From an uncultured bacterium (GTDB lineage: Bacteria > Eisenbacteria > RBG-16-71-46 > CAIMUX01 > WJJG01): 64,000 bases of DNA. The stretch lies in NCBI GenBank assembly GCA_964612295.1, contig CAZTDY010000001.1, positions 48,032 through 112,031 on the forward strand, given 5' to 3'. Numbering within the stretch: the stretch's first letter is position 1; every line of letters starts with the position of its first letter. The translations under genes were made by a program, and so were the position numbers. The notes beneath the pieces were generated by a model. The model made no database searches. It was given only the letters and a program-made list of their open reading frames with translations, and had not been told where the DNA came from. Below, one piece after another: positions 31,630 through 41,574 of the stretch.

Positions 31630-32262
31630 ATGAAGATTCTCCCGCGTATATTGATGACTGTTCTCTTTTTGGCCCTGATGGTCCCCTTGGTCGGGTGTCC
31701 GTTCTCGACGAAGCCGAGTCCGAAGGATATCGTGGACCCGCCCGCGACCTTCAAACCCCGCACCCATCCGGACAGCCTGCTGCAGAATCTGATGCTGGCC
31801 TACGAACAGCTCATGCCGGCCGAGTTCGAGAGCCTGCTCGCGCAAGATTTCGTGTTCCAGTTTTCGGATATCGACGTGCTGGATGATGACGTGCCCTCCG
31901 ACGATCTCGCCCGGGAGGATGAGGTCGGCATTCATCAGAGGATGTTCGACAACGCATTGGTGCAGACGCTGACGCTGAGTTTTGAGTACGACATCTCCTC
32001 CCTGGAGGTCGACGAGCTGGTCTCATCGCCGGAAGACACCCTCTGGACGTTGCTCCTGACCAACGTGGATCTCTTTCTCTACGGCGGAACGCCCCAATAC
32101 CCTGACGAACCGGCCTCTTACGAGCTCGAGAATGGGGTCGAGCAGTTCTGGTTCCGCAAGAATTCCTGGACACACGACAACGGAGACCCTATATGGACTA
32201 TCGTACACTGGAAGGAGCATAACTTCGGCGGCGGCAAGCGGGAGGCCGAGCCGCTGCCCTAG
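31630..32262 (+). CDS. Lipoprotein, hypothetical (210 aa), paralog of 30768..31388
   Basis: Lipobox MVPLVGC. Shares segments with its neighbour (FELIFDITDEGELGD versus FVFQFSDIDVLDDD; SGLWFISRWIDKRS versus DPIWTIVHWKEHNF). Confidence 0.6.
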   Translation: MKILPRILMTVLFLALMVPLVGCPFSTKPSPKDIVDPPATFKPRTHPDSLLQNLMLAYEQLMPAEFESLLAQDFVFQFSDIDVLDDDVPSDDLAREDEVGIHQRMFDNALVQTLTLSFEYDISSLEVDELVSSPEDTLWTLLLTNVDLFLYGGTPQYPDEPASYELENGVEQFWFRKNSWTHDNGDPIWTIVHWKEHNFGGGKREAEPLP

Positions 32263-32276
32263 CAAGGGGCGCACGC

Positions 32277-32756
32277 TTGAGTCCGCGCAGGAAGAAGCAA
32301 AAGACAGGCCTGAGCCTTGGATGGCTCGGGCCTCTTCTTGTCTCCTTTGTGGCCGGGGGGTTGACCGTCTACTTCCTCATGAGCTCGGGGCATCTCGTTC
32401 CACTGGGCGACGACGCGGCCGACATTCACTTATCCGAGCTGCGGGACGCCAGGCTGCAGCTGCTGGAGACCCTCCTTCTGCCTCAGGCGCGGTGGACCGC
32501 CCGGGAGCTGTCGGAGCCGATCGATTGGCAGGGCAGTCTCCCGGATTCAGTCAGCCTGGTGCAGTGGAATGCCCGTATCACGCAAGGTGTGCAGAGCCTG
32601 GGGTTTGAGATCCTCTCCGGGGCCGAGGAAGTGATTCCCCGGGCCGGGCGGTGGCCGCTCCAGCGCCTCACGCTCGAAGTAGGGGAGTCCGGCTTGCCCC
32701 TGGGCCGGATCATGGTCGAGACATCACGCTCTCCGCGACTTCCCCAGGCTTTCTAA
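32277..32756 (+). CDS. Membrane-anchored hypothetical protein (basic N-terminus, single TM, then a soluble domain)
   Basis: MSPRRKKQKTGLSLGWLGPLLVSFVAGGLTVYFLM... Confidence 0.45.
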   Translation: MSPRRKKQKTGLSLGWLGPLLVSFVAGGLTVYFLMSSGHLVPLGDDAADIHLSELRDARLQLLETLLLPQARWTARELSEPIDWQGSLPDSVSLVQWNARITQGVQSLGFEILSGAEEVIPRAGRWPLQRLTLEVGESGLPLGRIMVETSRSPRLPQAF

Positions 32757-32900
32757 ACATGTGATTCAAACCTCTAAGAATCCCGGAATCGAACCGATTC
32801 GCCATGTATTGGAGAATGCGGTTGACCGTTTCGACCAGGCTCCAGTAGACTCTTGAGTCTGTGTTCATTCTGGCAAGAATGTGCGGCGGAGGAGTACTTT

Positions 32901-34481
32901 ATGGGTGGCAACAATCGGTGGAAGGTCCTGAGCTTGATCGTCTTGCTCGCGCTGTCCGCCTACGCGCTGTACCCCACGGTGCGGTATTACGCCATGGATA
33001 CGGAGCAGTTCGAAGCGCTGCCCCCGGCCAAGGCAGAGAAGCTGCGCGATAGCGCGCTCAACCTGGGACTGGACCTCCAGGGCGGTATGCACCTGGTCCT
33101 TGAACTGGACCGGAGCACGCTTTCGGCGGCCGAAGTCCCGAATGCGATGGAGAGGGCGATTCAGGTCCTGCGCAACCGCGTGGACCGATTCGGCGTGGCC
33201 GAGCCCAATATCCAGCGTCAGGGCGAAGACCGCATCGTGGTCGAGCTTCCCGGGCTTCTCGACAAAGAGCGCGCAGTGCGGCTCATTGGTCAAACGGCCT
33301 TGCTCGAGTTCAAGCTGGTCAAGAGCGACAACGAGACCGTGCGGCTGATCGAGCGCATCGATCGGGCTCTGGCGGCGTCGACGGTCTCGGCTGAGGCCGA
33401 CTCCGAGGAGATCGAGTTTCTCCACCCGCTGCTCGAGCGGATGCCCTTCTGGCCGGACCTGCCGTTCGGCGGCGCCTTCTTCCCCGAAGCGGAACGCGAG
33501 GAGATCGATCGGCTGCTGACCACGGTGGATGTCGATTCTCTGCTGCCGGTTGACGCGGCGCTTCACTGGGGCAAGGCGACGGAAGCCTATCAGGGCTATC
33601 GGGGCCGGGTGCTCTACATCACCGACCGTCGCGCGCAGATGGACGGAAGCGGGGTGGCAAACGCCACCCGGCGTATCGGTGGCGACGCGACGCGGCCGAA
33701 CGCCTCGAGCGTCAGCCTGACGCTCAACGCCTCCGGAGCTCGCAAGTTCCGCCGGATCACCTCTCAGAATGTGGGACGCTCGCTGGCCATCGTGCTGGAT
33801 TCGCTGGTGGCGTCGGCTCCGTACATCAAGGAACGAATCGCCTCGACGCAGGCCTCGATCACCGGCAACTTCACCGACGAGGAAGCCAAGGATCTCGCGA
33901 TCGTGCTTCAGGTCGGTGCCCTTCCGGCGGAGATCAACATCATCCAAGAGATGACGGTGGGGCCCTCCCTGGGTGCGGATTCGATCCGGATGGGGGTCAA
34001 GGCGGCCTTGGCCGGCGCGTCCCTCGTCGTGGTGTTCATGCTCATCTACTATCGGGGATGCGGTCTGCTGGCCTTGTTGGCTCTCGTCCTCAACCTGATC
34101 TTCCTGCTGGCGGCCCTCGCCGGAATGCGAGGGACGCTGACCTTGCCAGGCATCGCCGGGATGGTGCTCACCATCGGTATGGCGGTCGATGCCAACGTGC
34201 TCATCTTCGAGCGCGTCCGCGAGGAGTTGCGGACCGGCAAGAAGGTCCGCAGCGCTGTCGAGGCCGGTTACAATCGCGCCTTCCGGACGATTCTGGACGC
34301 CAACGTAACCACCCTCATCAGTTCGGGTGTGCTCTGGTGGATCGCGAGCGGCCCCATCCAGGGATTTGCGACCACGCTGTTTATCGGCATCCTGGCAAAC
34401 CTCTACACCGCCGTTCTGGTGACGCGCATGATCCTCGAGTCCGTGGCCAGCAAGAAGGGTGTCGAGTCGATTTCGATATAG
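32901..34481 (+). CDS. secD: Protein translocase subunit SecD
   Basis: MGGNNRWKVLSLIVLLALSAYALYP...GLDLQGGMHLVLELD...PYIKERIASTQASITGNFT... plus the C-terminal 6-TM domain. Confidence 0.9.
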   Translation: MGGNNRWKVLSLIVLLALSAYALYPTVRYYAMDTEQFEALPPAKAEKLRDSALNLGLDLQGGMHLVLELDRSTLSAAEVPNAMERAIQVLRNRVDRFGVAEPNIQRQGEDRIVVELPGLLDKERAVRLIGQTALLEFKLVKSDNETVRLIERIDRALAASTVSAEADSEEIEFLHPLLERMPFWPDLPFGGAFFPEAEREEIDRLLTTVDVDSLLPVDAALHWGKATEAYQGYRGRVLYITDRRAQMDGSGVANATRRIGGDATRPNASSVSLTLNASGARKFRRITSQNVGRSLAIVLDSLVASAPYIKERIASTQASITGNFTDEEAKDLAIVLQVGALPAEINIIQEMTVGPSLGADSIRMGVKAALAGASLVVVFMLIYYRGCGLLALLALVLNLIFLLAALAGMRGTLTLPGIAGMVLTIGMAVDANVLIFERVREELRTGKKVRSAVEAGYNRAFRTILDANVTTLISSGVLWWIASGPIQGFATTLFIGILANLYTAVLVTRMILESVASKKGVESISI

Positions 34482-34524
34482 CGCCTGCAGGGCCGGTTTC
34501 AGAGGCTAAGGAGATCTGGAAACG

Positions 34525-35442
34525 ATGTTGACCATATTTACTGACACACGATTCGACTTCATGACGCGCCGCCGCGTGGCCTACGGCATTTCGGCGGTGT
34601 TTATCCTGATCGGGATCGTATCGGTGTTTATGCACGGCGGCCTGCGGCTGGGAATCGACTTTGCCGGCGGGCGTCTGATCGGCCTTCGCACCAGCGAGAC
34701 GGTCGTTGTGGAAGACGTTCGGGCTGCCGTCGATGCCGCGGGATTCGAGGGGGCCGAGATTCAGGCCGTCAGGGGCACGAAGGATCTGCTCATTCGGATT
34801 CCGGACGTTTCCGACCAGCGGGGGGGCGAAGCCTCGCCGTCGGCTCGGATCATGTCCGCGATGGAATCGCAGTTGAGCGGCGTCGATGTCGAGTTGCTCC
34901 GCGAGGAGCTGGTGGGGGCGAAGATCGGGAATGAGATCCGCAAACAGGCCTTCTGGGCGATTCTGCTCTCTCTGGGCCTGATTATGATCTACATCGCCAT
35001 GCGCTTCGAATTCCGCTTCGGTCTGGGAGCGGTGGCCGCGCTGGCTCACGATGTGCTCATCACCCTGACCTTCTTCTCGCTGTTCGACAAGGAGATCACC
35101 ATGCCGGTGGTGGCAGCCTTGCTGACCATCGCGGGATACTCGATCAACGATACGATCGTGGTCTTCGACCGGATCCGCGAGCAGCTGGTTCGCCTGCGCC
35201 GCGAGTCGTTCCTGAACGTGATGAACATCAGCATCAATCAGACGCTATCGCGGACGGTGATCACGGCCATGACGACGCTGTTCACGGCCCTCGCGCTGCT
35301 CATTTTCGGTGGCGAGGTGATCAAGGACTTCGCCTTCGCGATGACCGTGGGCATTGTCGTGGGCACCTACTCCTCGATCTTCGTGGCCAGTTCGCTCGTT
35401 CTCGAGCTCCGCAAGGCCAAGGAGGCCAGAGGCGAGGCGTAG
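34525..35442 (+). CDS. secF: Protein translocase subunit SecF
   Basis: RRRVAYGISAVFILIGIVSVFMHGGLRLGIDFAGGRLI... plus the C-terminal TM domain (NDTIVVFDRIRE). Confidence 0.9.
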   Translation: MLTIFTDTRFDFMTRRRVAYGISAVFILIGIVSVFMHGGLRLGIDFAGGRLIGLRTSETVVVEDVRAAVDAAGFEGAEIQAVRGTKDLLIRIPDVSDQRGGEASPSARIMSAMESQLSGVDVELLREELVGAKIGNEIRKQAFWAILLSLGLIMIYIAMRFEFRFGLGAVAALAHDVLITLTFFSLFDKEITMPVVAALLTIAGYSINDTIVVFDRIREQLVRLRRESFLNVMNISINQTLSRTVITAMTTLFTALALLIFGGEVIKDFAFAMTVGIVVGTYSSIFVASSLVLELRKAKEARGEA

Positions 35443-35506
35443 ATTGGGAGATTCGCGTTCGCGCGCACCTTGCGAGCGGAACGAACGCATGAGTATTGCG
35501 TATTGT

Positions 35507-35540
35507 GGGGGTGACCTGAACGGGTGACCCCCTCGCTTTA
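35507..35540 (+). terminator. Candidate terminator hairpin after secF
   Basis: gggggtgacc-tgaacg-ggtgaccccc forms a 10-bp stem with one central mismatch, followed by tcgcttt. Confidence 0.35.
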
Positions 35541-35656
35541 GGCGGGGGGGGCCTGAGCGCCCAGGCCTCTCGGAACCGCCGAAGCGCCCAAGTGTTTGAC
35601 CCAGCAGGAGATGTCTGCAGAATCACCCCCAAGGTCGCAGTGGGAGGAATCAACCG

Positions 35657-36424
35657 GTGCGGAGCGTGCGGAACCCGTCCATCAACCCTTGCCGGGTCGG
35701 CATTCTGATTGCCCTGGTCGGCGCCATCCTGACCTCGCCGTCCGCCCAGGCCGCCACACCCAGCCCCGGGGTCACGCTCGCCCGCCTCAAGTACAGCGGC
35801 GGTGGTGACTGGTACAGCAACCCCACCTCGCTCCCCAATCTGGCCCAGGAGCTCGAGGCCAGAACCTCGATTCCGATCGCAACGCACCAGGAAGCCCGGG
35901 TCAGCGTTCTTGACGAGGAGCTGTTCGACTACCCGGTTCTCTACATGAACGGCCATGGCCGGATCAGCATGACCGAGACCGAGGCCCTGCGCCTTCGCCG
36001 GTATCTGACCGGGGGCGGATTCCTCTGGGCGGATGACAACTACGGCATGGACGAGAGCTTCCGCGCGCTTCTGAAGCTGGTCTTCCCCGGCCGGACGCTG
36101 GCGGAATTGCCGTTCGATCACCCGATCTACCACTCTTTCTATGACTTCCCGCTCGGCCCCCCGAAGATCCATGAGCATGACAAAAAGCCCCCTCAGGGGC
36201 TGGGTCTGTTCGATCGTGGGCGGTTGGTGGTGTTCTACACCTATGAGTCCGATATAGGAGATGGGCTGGAAGACGAGGGGATTCACGACGATCCTTCCGA
36301 AAAGAGAGAAGAGGCCATGCGGATGGCGGTCAACGTGATCGTCTATGCGGTGACCGGCGAGGCGTCCCCGCGACCGGTAAGCTCGGCGGCCCTGCCGGGC
36401 GATTCCCGAGGAATGCAGCGATGA
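35657..36424 (+). CDS. Secreted DUF4159-like protein (GATase1/ThuA-like fold)
   Basis: Signal peptide ...SPSAQA|AT, then GGGDWYSNPTSLPNLAQEL...PVLYMNGHG...LRRYLTGGGFLWADDNYG, which matches my memory of the DUF4159 signature. ATGA overlap with the next gene. Confidence 0.6.
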   Translation: MRSVRNPSINPCRVGILIALVGAILTSPSAQAATPSPGVTLARLKYSGGGDWYSNPTSLPNLAQELEARTSIPIATHQEARVSVLDEELFDYPVLYMNGHGRISMTETEALRLRRYLTGGGFLWADDNYGMDESFRALLKLVFPGRTLAELPFDHPIYHSFYDFPLGPPKIHEHDKKPPQGLGLFDRGRLVVFYTYESDIGDGLEDEGIHDDPSEKREEAMRMAVNVIVYAVTGEASPRPVSSAALPGDSRGMQR

Positions 36425-39400
36425 GCCAGCAAAAGGAGTTTGAACGCAGGCTGCGCACGGCGGCCAACGGTCGCTACAGGCGAGTGGTCTTCGAAGGCGC
36501 GGCTCGCTGGCTGGCCTGGTGCGTTTCCGGTCTGGTCATCCTCTTCCTGATCGGCTTCCTCCTGCCGCCGACGCGTCTGTGGTCGGGTGTCATGGCTGCC
36601 GCGGCCCTCGTCTGGTTCGGGGCCACGACGGTGCTGTTTCTGTTCCGGGCGCTCGCGCGTCTGCCCCGGCTGGATGATTACGCGCTCTGGCTCGAGGAGC
36701 GAGGCGGGCTCAAACGCAACGAGCTGATCAACGCGCTCCAACTCGAGCGAGACGCCGCCCGCTGGCAGCCGGATTTGGTCTCGCGCGAGCTCGTCGGAAG
36801 ATCTCTTCGGCGCGCGGGCCAGGTCATCTCCTCGCTCAACCTCGGGACGCTCCACCGCGAGTGCGCGATTCCTCCCCGCTTGGGTCTGGCCTTGGCCGCC
36901 TTGACGCCTCTGGTGATCCTCTGGCTGGCGGCGCCGCTGCGTTTCGCCGATGCCACCCAGCTCTTCCTCTGCGCCGGGTCCGAGGGGGTGGTCCCGGCCG
37001 TCGAACTCACCGTGTCGCCGGGAGACCTGAAGGTCGAGAGAGGCGCCTCGGTGACGATCGAAGCCACGGTCGAAGGCCGACGCCGTCCCGGCAACGCGCG
37101 CCTCGAGATGCGCCGGCCGGGCGGCGAGTGGAACCAGGCCGACATGGTGCGCGGCGAGGCCTCGGGCGACGCCCGGGACCACTACCAGTTCGTGGCCAGC
37201 AACCTGGGCGGCGATCTCGAATACCGCGTCCGGGCAGGGTGGGCGACGAGCGCGCCCCACCGCATCCGGGTCCTCGAGCGCCTGCAGGCCCTGGGCTACC
37301 GGAAGCACTACGATCCGCCTTCCTACACCGGACTCCCGCGCCAGCGAGAGGTATCATCGACCGGAGACATCGCCGCGCTCTTCGGCACCGAAACCACCTT
37401 GGAGGTTCGTCATCGCCGCGCGGGCGCGAGCGGTCGGCTGCGTTTCCTTCCCCTGAATGAGACCCGCCCCCTGGCCGTGGGCGGCCAGGGACAGCTGCGG
37501 GCGAGCTGGTCCATGCACGAGAGCGCGGACTATCTCGTGGAGCTCTTCGATCGCGAGGAGGGCGACACCTGGGTTTCAGACACGTTCCATGTCGAGGTGG
37601 TCCCGGACCTGGCCCCCGCGATCCGCCTCCTGGAGCCTTCGCAGCACACCAAGGTCCCCGCCGACATGCGCGTGACCCTCGTGGTCGATTGCGTGGACGA
37701 TTTCGGCATCACCGAGCTGGCCATGGTCTACGGACGTCCGGGGGACGATCCGCAGCGCGTGGAATTGGCTCGCTGGGACGATCACAAGGAAGCCCGCCTG
37801 ACCTATCACTGGAACATGGAAGAGGTCTCGCTCTTGCCGGGTCAGGAGCTGCACTACTTCCTGCAGCTCTACGACAACGATCCGCTGAACGGACCCAAGA
37901 TGGCCGAGACCGAGGTCTTCAGCGTGCGTTTCCCGAGCATGGCCGAACTCTACAGCGATGCCGAGCAGGGCCGCGAGGAGGAGATCGGCTCGCTCGAGGA
38001 GGCGCTCGAAGTCCAGGAGAACCTGCAGGAGGAACTCAAACAGGTCGCGCAGGAGATGCTGCGCGAGGAGGAGATCTCCTGGGAGAAGCACCAGGAGATC
38101 AGCGACCTGCTCGAGCAGCAGAAGTCACTGGCCGAGAAGGTCAACGATATCCAGCAATCCTTAGACGAGTCACGCCAGCGCATGGAGAACCAGAACCTCT
38201 TTTCCATGGAGATGATCGAGAAGGTCGAGCAGATCCAGGATCTGGTGGGCCAGATCCAGAGCGATGAGTTCCGCGAGCTGCTGTCCGAAATGAATCAAGC
38301 GCTGCGCAACATGAACCAGACCGAGCTCCAGCAGGCGATGGAGCAGATGAAGATCACCCAGGAGGAGATCAGCCAGTCACTGGACCGGACGCTGCAGATG
38401 CTCAAGCAGCTCCTGGCGGAAGAGAAGATCGACCGCATCATGCAGGAGATACAGACTCTGCAGGCCATGCAGGAGGCCATCAACCGGCAGCTCGAAGGCG
38501 ACCAGCAGCAGAAGGCTGATGCGCAGGAGGGCCAGGAGAAGACCGACGACCAGAAGGAGCAGTCGGATGCGCCGTCCGACTCGCTGTCCTCCGGGGGGCA
38601 GTGTCCGATGAGTAAGGAAGAGTCACAGGAGCTGGCCCAGCAACAGGAAGCCCTGCGCGAGCAGCTCGAGAAGCTGCAGAAGGAGCTCGAGGAACTCACC
38701 AAGGAGTGCAAGAAGGACTTAGAGAAGCTGGCGGAGGCCCTCAAGGAGATGATGGAGCAATCTGCTCAGGAAGAAACCCCGGAGCAGATGCAGCAGGCCC
38801 AGCAGGCGATGGAGCAGCAGAACCGCGACGCGGCCCTCAAGTTCGGTCGGAAGGCCAAGGAGGGTCTTGCGCAGATGGCGTCCAGCATGGCGCAGCTCCA
38901 GAGCGACGTCGACTTAGAAGCGGCGGAACGTCTGGCCCGAGCGCTCTACAATCTGGCCAATCGGATGGTGCAGGCCTCGCTCCGGCAGGAGCATCTCGTC
39001 CGCCTGGCCGAGGAGACCGGTCCGCGCGAGCTGGCCGTGGCTGAACAGCAGCTGGTCGAGGAGCTGAGCGCTCTCGGCGATTCGCTGTTCCAGATCTCGA
39101 AGCAGACCGCCGTCGTCAACCGTGGTCATCTGCGGGCCATGGGGGAGGCGTATCAGAAGGTCCTGGACACGCGCAATCTCTTCGAAAGCGGCCGCCGGTC
39201 CCCCGCGCTCCAGCGCGCGCAGGAGTCGACCCTGGCGATCAACAGTGCGATCAAGAGGCTGGTCGAAGCAGCCGGCGAGATGACCTCGCAATGTTCCTCG
39301 AACTGTCCCAACCCCTTCAACCGGATGCAAAGCCTGACGAACCAGCAGTGTCAGCTCAACCAGCAGACCCAGCAGATGATGCAGGGAATGCAGGCGCAGC

Positions 39401-39855
39401 GGCCCACCATGAGCCAACAGGAGTCGCTCATGCGTATGGCCGGCCGCCAGAAGATGATCCAGGAGGGCCTCCAGGAACTGCAGGGCGAGATGAAAGAGTC
39501 GGGCAAGATGATGGGCGATCTTGGCGATGCGATCGAGGAGATGGAAGAGGTCATCGAGGAGTTGCGCAACCGGAACGTCGATCAACGCATCGTCGAACGC
39601 CAGGAGCGTATTCTGAATCGGATGCTGAGCGCCCAGCGCTCGGTTCGTAAGCGGGATCAATCGGAAGAAAGGCTCTCCCGGGCGGGGATCAGTCCGCCCG
39701 ACCGCAATAGCCCGGAGGGCATCGACATGGGTCGCTCACGCTCGGAGATTCTCCAGCGAGCCATGCTGCGCGGGGCCCAGGACCCGGTGCCCGCCGAGTA
39801 TCGCGGCCTGGTGGAGACCTATATGCGTTCGCTACTGCGCGGGACCACCCGGTAG
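36421..39855 (+). CDS. Giant (1144 aa) membrane-anchored protein: 2-3 N-terminal TM helices, a beta-rich middle region and a long Gln/Glu-rich coiled coil. Possibly DUF4175-like.
   Basis: TM helices WLAWCVSGLVILFLIGFLLPP and VMAAAALVWFGATTVLFLF. Residues about 500-1050 are dominated by E/Q/L/K heptad-like sequence (LEEALEVQENLQEELKQVAQEML...QQMMQGMQAQRP). Uninterrupted ORF. Confidence 0.8.
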   Translation: MSQQKEFERRLRTAANGRYRRVVFEGAARWLAWCVSGLVILFLIGFLLPPTRLWSGVMAAAALVWFGATTVLFLFRALARLPRLDDYALWLEERGGLKRNELINALQLERDAARWQPDLVSRELVGRSLRRAGQVISSLNLGTLHRECAIPPRLGLALAALTPLVILWLAAPLRFADATQLFLCAGSEGVVPAVELTVSPGDLKVERGASVTIEATVEGRRRPGNARLEMRRPGGEWNQADMVRGEASGDARDHYQFVASNLGGDLEYRVRAGWATSAPHRIRVLERLQALGYRKHYDPPSYTGLPRQREVSSTGDIAALFGTETTLEVRHRRAGASGRLRFLPLNETRPLAVGGQGQLRASWSMHESADYLVELFDREEGDTWVSDTFHVEVVPDLAPAIRLLEPSQHTKVPADMRVTLVVDCVDDFGITELAMVYGRPGDDPQRVELARWDDHKEARLTYHWNMEEVSLLPGQELHYFLQLYDNDPLNGPKMAETEVFSVRFPSMAELYSDAEQGREEEIGSLEEALEVQENLQEELKQVAQEMLREEEISWEKHQEISDLLEQQKSLAEKVNDIQQSLDESRQRMENQNLFSMEMIEKVEQIQDLVGQIQSDEFRELLSEMNQALRNMNQTELQQAMEQMKITQEEISQSLDRTLQMLKQLLAEEKIDRIMQEIQTLQAMQEAINRQLEGDQQQKADAQEGQEKTDDQKEQSDAPSDSLSSGGQCPMSKEESQELAQQQEALREQLEKLQKELEELTKECKKDLEKLAEALKEMMEQSAQEETPEQMQQAQQAMEQQNRDAALKFGRKAKEGLAQMASSMAQLQSDVDLEAAERLARALYNLANRMVQASLRQEHLVRLAEETGPRELAVAEQQLVEELSALGDSLFQISKQTAVVNRGHLRAMGEAYQKVLDTRNLFESGRRSPALQRAQESTLAINSAIKRLVEAAGEMTSQCSSNCPNPFNRMQSLTNQQCQLNQQTQQMMQGMQAQRPTMSQQESLMRMAGRQKMIQEGLQELQGEMKESGKMMGDLGDAIEEMEEVIEELRNRNVDQRIVERQERILNRMLSAQRSVRKRDQSEERLSRAGISPPDRNSPEGIDMGRSRSEILQRAMLRGAQDPVPAEYRGLVETYMRSLLRGTTR

Positions 39856-39894
39856 GGGCGGACAAGACCCTCTGGACGGAAAACGGGACGTGTC

Positions 39895-41565
39895 ATGCGA
39901 GGAAATCGCCCAGCATCTTATCTAAAGGCCGCGGGCCTGGTGTGCCTTCTGGCGCTCAGTCCTCTCGGAGCGCCGGCCCGCGCGCAGGAGATGCGCCGCC
40001 CCATCCAGGTGCCGACCAGCCCGGTCACGCGTGACCTGCGAACCGCGAGCGCGTTGGTCAAGCAGGGACAGATTCCCGCGGCCATCGAACTGCTCGAACC
40101 GCTCCTGGAGCGGTATCCGGGCGAATCGCGGGTCATCCGGATGCTGGGAGAGGCCTACCAGCGCATCGACGGGTACGATGAGGCGATCGAACTCTACCGG
40201 AACGAAATCAATCGAGCGGGTGGCCGGACGACCGAGTTCTGGAGCCTGATCGTCAACGCCCAACAGCGTGCCGACCGCTGCACCGATGCGGTCGATACCC
40301 TGCTCGAGGTCCTCGAGCGGGAACCCGCCTGGCTGAATCGATTCCGCGATCAGCTCGAACTGGTCGTGACGGACTCGACCTGCGGCCGCCCGGCCTTGGC
40401 CTATCTGGAGGAGCGCGCCAAAGAGAAGAGCTGCCCGCCGGCCTGGCGCGAGGCGCTGGGCAATGTCTACGTGGTTCTCGAACGGGATCAGATGGCGCTC
40501 GAGGTCTACACCGAGCTCGACCGGCAACGGCCTGATCGGGGACAGGCGATCTACAATCTTGCGCGCACGCTCACCCGCAGAGGCAAGCTCGAGGCCGGCG
40601 TGGCGGCGTACGACTCCGTGCTCAGCATATCGAACACGCGCCAGACGCTCGAACCGGCCCTCTACGAAAAGGCGGTCCTGATCGAACGCCTGGGACGTCC
40701 TGAAGAGGCGGCCGCGCTCTACACGCAGATGACCGAGCAATACCCTCACACGCAGCTCTCGATGCGGGCCGAACTTGCCAGGGCCGGGCTCTACCTGGGG
40801 CCGCTGGGGGACGTCGAAAAGGCCGAGGCCGCCTATCGCACCGTGCTCGCGGATCTCGACAGCAGGCCGCAGAACCGCGCCTTTAGGACCATTCGGGAGG
40901 ATGCTCGGCTGGCCCTGGCGGAGTGCGCGCTGAGGCTGGGGCAGTTCGACGAGGCCGACAGCGTCTACACCCGGCTGGTCAGAGAATCGAACAACAAGCG
41001 GACCAAGGAGCGGTGCGCGTTCGAGCTCGGACAGCTCCGGTTCTTCCAGGGGGATCTCGCGGGGGCCGAAGCGGCCTACTACGCGCTGACCGACGACTAC
41101 CCTCAGGGGGAGTGGGTCAACGATGCGCTCGAGCAGGCGTTGCTCATCGGGGAATTCGGGATGCGGGTCCCGGGCACGTTGACCGAGTTCGCCGAGGCGT
41201 TGTATGAACGCCGGAGGGGCGATCTGGAGGCCGCGGAGAGGATCTGTACAGAGTCGCTGGCGGACACCACGATCGTTCTTCTGCGCGACCACTTGCGTAT
41301 GCTGCAGATGCAGCTGGCCGGAGATCGGAATCGCTGGTCCGAGGCCGATTCGGTGCTGGCCGTCCTGCTCGACCAGGATCCGGACACCCGTGTCGGGGCC
41401 CGGGCCCTCCTCTGGATGGGGGGGCGCGCCGAGGCCGATCCCCTGAAGGCGGACAAGGCTCAGCAGTACTACGAAGAGGTCATTCTCCGTTATCCTGACT
41501 CATTCGAAACCCGGCAGGCGCGGGATCGCCTACAGGTTCTGCGCAGACGATCCGAGGATTCATAG
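39895..41565 (+). CDS. Secreted tetratricopeptide-repeat protein
   Basis: Signal peptide LVCLLALSPLGAPARAQE. Multiple TPR-like helical pairs (AYQRIDGYDEAIELYRNEI, AIYNLARTLTRRGKLEAGVAAYDSVL, ALYEKAVLIERLGRPEEAAALY). Confidence 0.85.
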   Translation: MRGNRPASYLKAAGLVCLLALSPLGAPARAQEMRRPIQVPTSPVTRDLRTASALVKQGQIPAAIELLEPLLERYPGESRVIRMLGEAYQRIDGYDEAIELYRNEINRAGGRTTEFWSLIVNAQQRADRCTDAVDTLLEVLEREPAWLNRFRDQLELVVTDSTCGRPALAYLEERAKEKSCPPAWREALGNVYVVLERDQMALEVYTELDRQRPDRGQAIYNLARTLTRRGKLEAGVAAYDSVLSISNTRQTLEPALYEKAVLIERLGRPEEAAALYTQMTEQYPHTQLSMRAELARAGLYLGPLGDVEKAEAAYRTVLADLDSRPQNRAFRTIREDARLALAECALRLGQFDEADSVYTRLVRESNNKRTKERCAFELGQLRFFQGDLAGAEAAYYALTDDYPQGEWVNDALEQALLIGEFGMRVPGTLTEFAEALYERRRGDLEAAERICTESLADTTIVLLRDHLRMLQMQLAGDRNRWSEADSVLAVLLDQDPDTRVGARALLWMGGRAEADPLKADKAQQYYEEVILRYPDSFETRQARDRLQVLRRRSEDS

Positions 41566-41574
41566 GGAAGACCA

